A stretch of 64,000 nucleotides of DNA from Trichinella spiralis (lineage: Eukaryota), in contig NW_003526946.1 of assembly GCF_000181795.1 (NCBI RefSeq), positions 677,351 to 741,350 of the forward strand, read 5' to 3'. Positions 1-11,600 of this stretch are shown one piece after another; position 1 is the stretch's first letter; each line of letters starts with the position of its first letter. Position numbers and translations under genes: made by a program. Under the pieces are notes generated by a model that was not told the DNA's origin, searched no databases, and saw only the letters and a list, made by a program, of their open reading frames with translations.

Positions 1-2230
1 ATCAGAGCCTACATGCCACAATAATACTGTAGAAAAAAAACAGTAGACTATATATAAACAGAATAGCCTTGCATAATTAACTGTCTGTAACGTAACAGAC
101 GTAAACTTAACAGAAATCAGAATACAATAATACTTTATAACAGAATTCTAATTTCAAGTCTACCTAGACTGAAGTAATTAGATAACAGTGCGAAGACAGC
201 ACTGATAAAGACGTATGATCACTCAGACTTAAACGGTATTATGGTACACATATTATGGAGAAGTAGTAACAGAACCATAAATTAAGATGCGTTTGACTTG
301 ATGTGTTCAATGGAAAACTTGATGTATTCCATTCAGAAAACTATTCTCAATGGAAATAACGTATTCATCAGAAAGTAAAAATCAGGCATTTCTAGAATTA
401 ATACACTATAAATTTGTAGCTACAACAACTTCAGCTAAATTGTGGAAAGTGAAATAATTAACTATTTATTTAATTAGCATTTCCTTGACCAAAGACTAAA
501 TGTCACAAGCAGACAGAACCAATCTTTCATGGTTAAAATAAATTTCAACTGAAACTGCAAAAGAACTCATAAAAACATAACTTACATAAATATCATAATA
601 TTCAATAATAGCCCAATGACAGCAGGAATATTTCAAAACTAAATTTTGTGATCGCTTCAGTACGAAAAATATTAATGCCTCGTAATATACACTTTAAGAC
701 TTAATTCTGTACTACTCTATTTCCGTTTTTATCAACACGAAAAATGACCTTTTACAATTGCAATAAACTTGTCACTAGACTTGGAAATAAATTCTGTAAA
801 AGTATATGAAAGTAACAAAAAAACGTATCGTTGATACCAAATAATTACTTTCAAATTTTCTATTGGCAAAACGAAGCATTTAAGTATTCAAAACACAAAA
901 CTTTTATTTAAAAACTGAGTTAAATGAAAATTTTCACTGATAAAACAGACTGTTTGTTTATTGCAAAAAAATTTTAAAAATAAATGCACTCGTTACCTCT
1001 ACAAAACAGTAAAGACGCGTTTCTTTTCGTTTCTGTCGAACAAACTCACGATACTGTGAATAAAATGAACTGTATCTAGTATACTGTAATAAAGCAGGTT
1101 CGAATGTAATTTAGATGAAGCGTGCAATTTTGACTTTGCATTAAGAGCTAACAATAACAGTTCAGGTTTTAATGCATTATTGTTTGCATTCATCAATTCT
1201 TATGCAAAACGGTAAATAGTTTTGAAAATTCTTATTTATCAGTTACGTTAATGCAGGTTAACAAATACAGAACCCATAAAATTTATTTGTTATGGTTTGC
1301 TATGAAGAATAAATAGTTCATGAAATGAAATTTATAAGATTAAACTTTAACAAATTTAAGACACTTTTTTATTCTTTTATTTTTCTAGTGGAATTTTTTT
1401 TGAACAGATTTTAAAATAAATACGCCACAATACTAAATAAATAGAGTAATTTTAGTATAATATTTTTGTTTTATCTTTGCAATGCTTGTTTGTTCAAAAA
1501 CATTAAGCATTGTTGTCGCTTGCAATTTGTATAGTATTTTGTAAACTGATATGCTGTTTATTTTTTTTTGATTCATAGAGTATATTCATTAGTATATATA
1601 TATATATTCGTTACTAATTATAATTGCACACAAACAAACATGTACATATAATAGATACGTTTACTGAAAAAACAGGGGCATTTTCTTTATTTTTTTTACA
1701 AGCTCATTTATTTATTTTACAGGAAGATCATGCTATAGAAGTTATAATAAAAGTTCTTTGTTAGTTTTAATTTTATCAAAATTCATTGATTTTAAATTTA
1801 TTTTCTTTTAAAATGATCCTTAACAAAATGTAGAAATAAGCAAGCAGTTGTGTTCGTATTAATTAAGTAATTCAATTTTTATCGATTTGTGTGCAGCAGT
1901 AAATTGTTCTTTCAGCTACGATTCCGTTTTTTCTGTTCATTTTTGAATTGTTAAATCAGTGAATGATGGATGCATTGCTGTACAATTTGATAAAATTTAT
2001 TCGTACATCAATATTTACGCATACTGTACGTTATTGGTGCAAGGTTTGCTTGCAGAGAAAAAAAAATAAATTTTAAAGCGGAATTTCTCCAATTTGATTG
2101 GATGAAGAATATTTTTACGTAAATTGATCATAATAAGTCGCTTCGTTGAAGATCAACAATTGATGATTTTATTCAATTCAGTTTTGCCAGTTTGCAATAT
2201 TGGAGAAGGCAGCAAATAAGTCGCTTTACA

Positions 2231-3091
2231 ATGCGCAAAATTATTCAGACAAGTGCAGCTCCAAAAGCAATTGGACCATACAGGTATGAAAGTTTTTCTT
2301 CTATTATCCCTGAATTATCTCATCCCATTCAATTAAATGAACTGTCCAGTTGAAATTGCTTCCTAATTGTATATAATACTTTGGTTAGAAAATAATTTTC
2401 TCTTTGCAAACATATTTCATTTAATCAAGTAGAGAAATGAGTGAAAATTAACAAATAAAATAATAATGACTTTAAATGACGCTTTACAATAATTGCTCAA
2501 TATAAATAAAATAAAATGAAATAAAAATGCTCATGGCATTTATTTTCAAGTCAAGCAGTTCTGGTGGACGACAGAACGTTGTACATCAGCGGACAGTTGG
2601 GACTTTGTCCTTCCACCATGGAATTAATCGACGGCGGTGCTGATGAACAGTGCAAACAAGCGTTGATGAACATGGGCGAAATTTTGAAAGCCGCCGGAGC
2701 TACATACGATGACGGTGATATTGAAAATTATAATAAATCGATCGAAAATTATGTGGGCATGCATTTAAAGTGAAAAATTATCTGTCTATCATTCAGTTGT
2801 GAAAACGACCATTTTCCTGTCCGACATGCGAAATTGGAATACGATCAATGAAGTCTACAAAGAATGTAAATTTTTGTATTTTTGCAAATTGAACAATAAT
2901 ATTATTTTTAAATACAGTTTTCAAAGAAAATTATCCCGCCCGATCCGCTTTTCAAGTAGCTGCACTACCGAAGGCAATGCAGTGCAGTGGAATTTTTTGG
3001 AAAAAATAATTATTCCATACATAATTTTTGTCTGTTCCAGAATGCGTACGTTGAAATTGAAGCTATTGCTGTGGTGGGATCGAACAAATGA
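2231..3091 (+). CDS. RIDA: RidA/YjgF/UK114 family reactive-intermediate imine deaminase (5 exons)
   Basis: Spliced translation MRKIIQTSAAPKAIGPYS-QAVLVDDRTLYISGQLG...KTTIFLSDMRNWNTINEVY...YPARSAFQVAALPK-NAYVEIEAIAVVGSNK*. It has the family motifs IGPYSQA, SGQLG, PARS and VEIEA. The last intron (2974-3040) is GC-AG. Confidence 0.93.
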
Positions 3092-3853
3092 AACGGCACT
3101 GTTGGGAAACAATTTGAGATGAAATTCTTTTTTTTCTCTTCTTTTTTTCTGTATCGATTTGATTTAAATTGAACACGAATAATCATCATCTCCTTCAGAT
3201 TTGATTGATGGCCAGTGAAGATGAAACGTTTTCTCTTCAAATTTGTCGAAGAAGCGCAATAAACCGAAAAATTCAGCAATTCACAAAACAATAAAAAGAA
3301 ATTAATAATAAAAATAAATAATCAGCGCAGAAGTTTAGTAGTAAATTACAGCTGTCGATAAACAACACACGTCTGATGATAAAACATTTTGCAAAGTTGT
3401 ACGTGTAATTTGTCATTGAATATTATGAAATAAAAAAGTACATACTATATAACAGTAAAATAAACAAATAAACCTGTAAGCTCTGGGACAGATAAGATCA
3501 ACAAATCTTACTTATGTGCATGCATGCATGCGCACATTTCCCTGAGATTCAATTTTCTGAGTTCAGTATAAAGCTGCGTCCATGAAGAGTGATTTTTTCA
3601 AACAATTCAAACAGTGGTAGTATAATAATAGCAAAGAACAATAGAAATCACAAAAATAAATAAATATGTATATATATATATATGTATATTATACATTTCT
3701 TATCTTGTTGTACATATGGATTAATGAATTTGTGAACAGATTTTCCGACAAAATAATCAAACCAATAACAACAACAAACAACAACGACAACAAAAGAACA
3801 ACAATTTCACAGATTCATCAAAAAAATGACTAGAACATTAGTGTTTCCATTTA

Positions 3854-5151
3854 CTATTGGTGTTGCTGGTTGGATGATGATCTATAAGCTGTGAAGGTCG
3901 TTGGTTCGCGTTTGATCAAACCGCGTGGTGCCAGAACATTCACGGATGGCATTCTTCGACGAACGACCGGCGCTGTCGGATTGCGATTCGACAATGTATA
4001 TATACGTGGTCTAGAACGAGATGTGAATTATAATAATATTTGAATAATAATTATCCTCCCATTGCCCCCCTCCCCCCAATCGCTCTCTCTATCTCTCTCT
4101 CTTCTTACGGATCAGATATTAATGCCGCCAGTGAACTGTTCGCTGCAACCGACGATGGCAACGGTCTCACAACTGTTGACGGTACTGTTGCTGGGGTGGA
4201 TATCGTTGTTGTTGTTATTGTTGTCGGAGTCGGCTGCCTCGGTCTGTAGGTTCGTATGGCAATTGTTCGACCACCTATTGACGAAGTGATTCCTTGACCA
4301 CGCAAAATTGGCCTACCAGACTGAAAAAAAATTAAACATATTATTAAAATATGCGAAAGAAATTTTTTCCATTAATTACTGATGTCGAGATAATTCTCGA
4401 CGGCGGCACTGCACGACCCATCAGCGATCTCAGCCTCGAGTTGCCGATCCGCATGCGACCAGGGCAGAGAACTTTCAACGTTTGAGCTCGGTGCATCATC
4501 TGAAAAATGCGACAACAAACGAATGAATTTCAAATTCCAAAAAACAAACAAACAAACAAACAAATTATGGTACTTACTTGTTGCTGCTGTTGTCGCGGTA
4601 TAGAACTAGAACTGGTGGTTCTGACGGATGGAATAGTAATCGGCCTGGGCAATGCACTGACTTCAGTTGGCATATTTGAACAGGGCATCTGAAAATTTTT
4701 CATCTTTTTTAAATCCAAATGAAAAATAAAAATGACTCATTCTCATACAGTCAACTGTCTGGAAGACATTATCGGATGGATAAAGCTGGCCAGCCGAGTA
4801 TGTGGAGAAGAAGAAACTGTAACTGAAGGGTTCGTTGTTGGAAAAGTTGTCGTTGTTGCTGTTGTTGTTGTTGTTGTTGTTACATTTGCATTGAAATGTG
4901 GTGGTACTGTGTAACGGCGGTATGGAGGAAAGTCCACTGGTTCAACTTTCACAGTTGGCAATGGAGAAGATTCAACTTTAACGGTCACAACATCAGGTAA
5001 CGGTGGTGCACTATTATCACCCTTATTATTATTATTATTATTCGTGGATAACAATACTGGCGAGAATGGTCGAAAGTCGGCAGAATAATATCTTGAATTA
5101 TCTTCTTGTTTGATTATTTCTTTCAATGAAATGTGTTCATGCAGATGTTTC

Positions 5152-5191
<40 letters not shown>

Positions 5192-8100
5192 GCTGTTTCT
5201 GCTGCTGCTGTTGTTGCTGTTGTTGTAACCTTCTATGCTCATCGTTCACATCCGGATGTACATTTCCATCGTTTGTATTATTATCGTCATCATCTTTCTC
5301 ATCGTCAATGTCTTCATCACTTTCACTGTCCTTGTTGATAATGTTGCTGCTGTCTCTGCTGTTGGTCCTGAAGAAGCTGCTCCTACTGATGTTGCCATTG
5401 CCGTTGCTGATGCTGTTGCCATTGCCGTCGTCAACATCGTTATTATTGTTAGTCTCGTCATCGCTATCCGTATCGAACATGTGAAGGGATGTCATGAAAT
5501 ACGGCAACACTTCCTAAAAAACAAATAATTACCTATTCAACATATCAATGCTAAAAGCATTTTACAACAAACACAACCTTTCGAAAATCAGTTTTCGTTT
5601 GACAATTTCGCTTTTCCTCTTCCAACCAATTGTCAAAAAGCAACTTGTCCATTGACGGCGTTGAACGTAGAGTAGGCATCTTCTGAGTTGTAGCAGCCTT
5701 ACGAATGGAAAAATAATAAAATAAACAATGCGCCGCAAATTCGATCATCAATCATACGTACCATCCTCTCCTGAAGCTCTACTGTAGCAGATTCCAAATC
5801 TTCATCGTCATCCGACTGGCATCCGTCCTCTTCCAAGTTCGAGCTCGTCATTACAGGAATAAACAGACTTTCGAAAAATGTTTCCTTCATCTCTTCAGAA
5901 TTGATGTCTACATCATCTTTCTGCTGTTCAGCTGGTTCGTCGTCGATCAATTCCGTAGGCAACAAGCCTGCCGCTGAAAACTCATCACACATGATCCCAA
6001 TAAAATAATAACTATAAAATTATTTTTCTTCTCTTTTTATTAAAAAATATATATCCCATTTATGTTCATAATAAATTAAGTTATTTTTTTGAAACAAAAA
6101 AAAATCAAAAATACAACTTCCTTACTGAAAGTGAATGAGTCGGATTCAGGAAACGTCGAAGCGCCCATGATGCTGATCGTGCGAAAGCGTTGCGTGTTCG
6201 TTTTATTCAAATCTCTTTTGTAACGATCGCTAATATTTTTCAAAACAAGCTTTCCTGAAATTTTGAAATGGAAAAAGAAAACAAAAAAAATGGACAAAAA
6301 GCGCCAAAAATTGAACATGGAACAAACAAACCGACCTGAGTGCGCGGTAGATCCATGGGTGCCAGTTTTGCGTTGCTTTTTCGTCGTCGAACATTCACTG
6401 CCATCACGTTTGGAACCCTGGCCAGTGGATGAAGACGACGCGCCAGAGGAAGGAGAAGGGCCGCTGACATTAGCCGACGCCTCACCACCAGTCTGGAGAC
6501 TGACACTGCCGGTCGCTGTAGCTGTGGCATTAGGGATGGGAGTGGCGTTAGGGGTGGGGGTTGGGTTGTTGGCGGCCATGTTGGCCGAGGCGGTCTTCTC
6601 ATCCTGCGCATGAAGCCAGCCGTAATAGCGCAGACAACACTGACGAGGCGAGTGGTAGAAGTTTCCGTGGGCGCGAACAAAATCGCTCACGTATTCCCAA
6701 TTCAAGCTCTGATTTCGACTTGGCAAATTTCCGCTTTTCAATGAACAATGACCACAGAGCAGTGACTGGGGAAAAAAAAATTTTTTTTTCTTTCAAATTG
6801 TAAAAATTGAAAAAAAAATCCCTAAAACAATACCCTAATCAAGGCGTAATCTTGAATCACGTTCCATGGAAAGACTTCGTAATTTTTCATATCCATTCCC
6901 ATAATACTGGGATTGTACGATCTAGAAGATTCTTTGCGCCCTTTGCTCGACAACAGCTCGAACAACGACTTTGGCGAATTAACCGAAATGGACAACGCCG
7001 GCGGTGGAAACCTGGCTACGCTGTTGATTGTTTCTAAGCAAAATAAAGCAAAAAATAAGAAAATCAACAAAGCGACAAACAAAACCTTACTATCCACCCT
7101 TTCCCTCCTCCCCTTCCCCTCAATTTCTCAACAGTCAATATTCAGCAAAATCCCAAATCCCTTGTACCGGTTACAGATTTGTCGCGCACTTGTACAGCCG
7201 AACGGCCACGAAACGGCGACGCCCTTCTGTTGTTGCTGTTGGTGGTGGTGGTGGCAGTGGTGGTTCCACCAAGCTTGGGCATTTTGTCTGGAATTCTCAA
7301 AATTGGCATTTCCACTGAACGATCGTCGTCGGGCGACGATGAACTGGAGAACTTTGCCAAAATGCTCTGGTCAATTGGTAACCGTTCGTAAAGTTCGCCG
7401 AGCAAGTGGTCCGGCTTCAAAGAACCACGGGAGTCGTCATCGCTCAACGGCGGCGACAGCGGAGTCCAAATCTGAGAACAAACAAGTAAAATTTATCAGC
7501 TTCTAAAAAACCAAACCAAACATAAACATACTGGCATTTCCAAGCTTGGATCTTCAATACAGATCATCTGAAAAGTAAAAAAAAAACAATATTGCAACAG
7601 ACCATCAATCGTCACATGCAAAATAAGAATGAACAATACAAGTTAAACAGTCTCTTCCTCCTCCTCCTCCTCTTTCAATCATTTCCTCCTTTTTTTAAAT
7701 AAAAAACAGAAAATATTTTACAGTAAACTAAATTTCAAAAAAAAAACATGTTAATCAAACTCTGCTATTATCGATAAGCATCATTATCTTCTTTTTGTTT
7801 TTTGCACAAGCACCACTATTCTCATCTCACAAATCTGCATACCTGTACAAGAAATATTTTTTCCGATTACCATTTTGCTAATTATATATGCATATTGATA
7901 ATAATAATAATAATAAGATAGAAGGAAAAAATTATAAAAAAAAAAGAAAAAGTTTGCGTTCTCAGTGTGTGCACAGCATTTCTTCCTTTCTTTCTTTTTT
8001 GCTTTTTTAGCTGAAAAAAAAGTCGAAAATTTGAAATCCCGCCATTTGGAAATGAAGTTTCAAGAATTAAAAGGCCTTGCTCTTGCAGGGCCCGTTTCGG

Positions 8101-8624
8101 CGCTCATCCCTTGGAACAAGGTGCAAGTAAAAGCCGAAATTTTGACAAGCTTTCCAAAAACAAGCCCTGTCCAAGAGCAAGGCGAAACGAGCACCAACAA
8201 ACAGCGAAGGTTTTAATTCTTTTTACTGCGCATGTGCATGAAAAAAATGTAAAAGTAAAATGTAAAAAAGTAAAAGCAAACAGGTAACGAATAGAGAGAA
8301 GAATAACAGAGGCAGCAGCAGCAGCAACAGCAGAAACTGTTCGTTAACTGATCAATTTGTATAATTTTTATGATCACAAAATAGCCCTGCAGTAGCACAG
8401 AAAAGAAATAGCAGGGGCCTTCCCATTTGTTTTCGTTTCGTTCTCTTTTTTTTTATTTCATTCTTTTTCACATCTTCATCTTCATCTTCAGCTTGTCATT
8501 TTTTTTTCGCTCTCTCTCTCCTTTTTGCTTTTTTGCAAAATTCCATTCTGATGACAAGCTACTCAGTGTGACCATCAGACAATATGCATAGGACAAAATG
8601 GGAAAATGATAAATTAGTAAAGAA

Positions 8625-8671
<47 letters not shown>

Positions 8672-11600
8672 GCGTTCAAACTTCAGTCAACAGTACTGTT
8701 GTTGTTCCTGGTTCTGCGAGTTCTAATGGGGAACTTTTCGTTCGAAAGTGAACACTTAGTAGCCGGAACCGATGAAGACGTTGACGATTTAGCAACAACG
8801 CTAGTCACGCCTTCTTCTTTTGTTAACAACAAAGAAACCTTCCCAGAATTTTTCACCGATTCACCGTTAAAATCGCCATCCCTAACCTTTGCAAATGCAT
8901 CCCGCCGGTCGTAGGTGATTGCAAATTCTTCGCCCGCTTCCGCCTCTTGCATCGCTCTTGCACTTCTCATCTCGCTGTAATGAGCTTGCATCAACGCCAT
9001 TTTACGTTCTTCGATCTCGTTCTAAAAATCACACACAACTCCTCTACAGCACTGCTGCATCACCAATATACGAAACACAAACAATCACAAAAAAGTGTTC
9101 CAATGTTCCTCAAACTTACGTCAACCCCTTTGAGCTCTTCGCTGAATTCAAACGCACGTTCTTCTTCAATATATTCCAATGCGTATCGCTCTACCTCGCT
9201 CATCTATTAAATGAATGATTGAATAAATAAATAAACAGTTCTGAAAGAAAAAAACAAACAAACTACCTTTGACAACACATCTTTCATCTCTTCGAGAACT
9301 CTGAGAACATCCGGATCTGAAGATTCGGCAACAGAATTGTCATTGGCGTTTTGCACGGCGTCGGATTTCTTTTGACCACTAGTAGCATTTTCATCATCCT
9401 CCTCTTCGTCGGCTCTTTCTTCCGCTTGCGCTTCATCCACTGCAATTCGCGCCGCAATAGCGTCGTTGTCATCTTCAACTTTGCTCATCGCCTCAAATGC
9501 AATACACCACATAATAACAATGATGATAATGAACAATTAAAAATAAATACCTGCTGAATGTCCGCATCAGACACATCTCGAACAAATACACTCTCTTCCA
9601 TGTCAAACAATTCTTTGATATTAGTCTTAAATAGAATTACAAGAATAAACAAAAACCCCCAAAAGAAAATAATAAAATTAATTTATCATACATTGTGGAA
9701 AAAGTCAGCTTTAAAACCGCCTTCGTCAATCGCTAGTTCACCAAGCTTGCGTTTTTGAGTAGCTTTCAACAATATATTCTCTTCGATAGTTCGTTCACAG
9801 ATCAATCTAACACAAATTTAACAAATAAAATAAAATAAAATAAAATGGACAAGTAGCAAAATCAATTACCTATATATGTGGACATCCCTGGTTTGACCAA
9901 TCCTGTGGCAGCGATCCTGCGCTTGAGCATCCATCGTTGGATTCCAATCAGAATCGTAAAAGATGACAGTGTCAGCACCGGTTAAATTGACTCCGACACC
10001 ACCAGATCTGGTGGACAAGATGAAGCAGAGAATTTTCTTGTCATGATTGAAACGTTCCATCAACATTTGCCTGCGTTCGATATTAGTAGCGCCGTCCAGT
10101 CGAAGGTACATATACCCGTGATAGCTGAGAAAAGCTTCGAGAATGTCCAGCATTCGAGCCATCTGTGTGAAAATCAAACACCGATGCCCTTCCGCTTGCA
10201 AACGTCTCAATAATGCGGACAGGCTTTGCAATTTTCCTGAAAAGAAAATGAGAAAGAAGATAAATTTGAAAAAAAAATTATCCAATCCTTCTTCTATCAA
10301 GTGGTATTTTTTTTTATTTTACCGCAGTCGTATTCGATCAAACGCAACTCTGGAAAGCAGAGACGTTGCGCGTATTCGACAGCACGAAACACGTCCAATT
10401 TGTTCTTCAACAATCTATTCATGCTGGTTCGCATAGCCACTTCGGCGTATTCAACAGCACAACTACGGTACGTGGGTCGAAACAACGGTTCCGAAATAAG
10501 CGCCGCCGGAACGTATACCAAAAATCTGAAGAAGATTACAAATTGAACAATTCGCACAAACAAACATAATCTCATCTTACTGTTGCAACAAGAATCGCAC
10601 AGATTGGAATATGTCCTCGAGCGTTCGACTCAGTGGAACTGAACGCTTTTCAATAGTAAATGCCATCCTAAGATCACTACCGTACATTGGCCTGGCCAAA
10701 CAACGTTCTCTATTTTGATTTATCAAATTGTTTTGAATACGAAGCTTCGTTTCAGCTTTGCTTAACTATATACACAGAAGACAAAAAAAAAATATATATA
10801 TATTTACACATCAATCATATTATTCAGCACAATTTGAAATTTTTACCGTTATTTCTGACCACAGATCATTGACTTGTTTGTTGAGCAATTTCAGTATAGC
10901 TTTTTCCAACGACGTCTCCGCTTCAGGGTCGAAAGAGACAGTCCCCTGGGTTGACGTGCCGTCCATCCGTTCCACGTCCCCACTTCGCGAAGGCAATTCT
11001 TCTCCTTCGTCTTCATTGTTGTAATGATGATCGTCAGAATGCGTAGATGGAGCAAAAATATTCGAATTTTTCTCTACCGCTGCTTTAAACGACGAACGTG
11101 TTGAACGTCTAAGCTTAGAACTGTCTAAAATTGACAATCAATAAATAAAATTTTTATTAATCATTACTGCCGTTAAATGCGAAAAACAAAACCGAACAAA
11201 AGTGACATACCACTCCTACTACTAGTACTGGCGACAACAGCGGCACTACGTCTCCTCTTGCTACCACTACCAACTGTTGCTCCACTTCGAAGAGCAATTT
11301 TCTTACTCTCGGCGGCAACATTAAAATCATCATCTGTAAAGTAGTTGTAAATTCAAATAATAATTTAAAAAAAATGATAAATTATGAACCAGGTGATCAT
11401 AAACTCACCTGGACTATCAGCAAAACTGCTACTTTCAACTTGTGAAGTAGCTTTTCTCCTCCTCGTCACTCGTCTATTACAATTTTCCACAGGTGACAAA
11501 AATGCAGGCGACTCTTCACTGCTGATTTGTCGTTGTTGCCCCGTTGGTTGTTGTCGTTGTTGTGGTTGTGGTTGTAGCTGCTGTTGCTGCTTTCTTCGTC

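Noticed and set aside
1..1200. Recurrent AACAGA motifs and ORF 999..1196
   Set aside because: No periodicity, terminal repeats or protein similarity that I can support.
3481..3546. Hammerhead ribozyme call
   Set aside because: The essential CUGANGA core is absent (CUGUCCC). Kept only as a generic structure.
5110..5528. Poly-Cys, poly-Val and poly-Leu ORFs on the + strand
   Set aside because: They are antisense shadows of the Domino polyQ/acidic exon.
7965..8216. 83-aa + strand ORF over the structured element
   Set aside because: It has a GTG start, no recognisable similarity, and is antisense within an intron.
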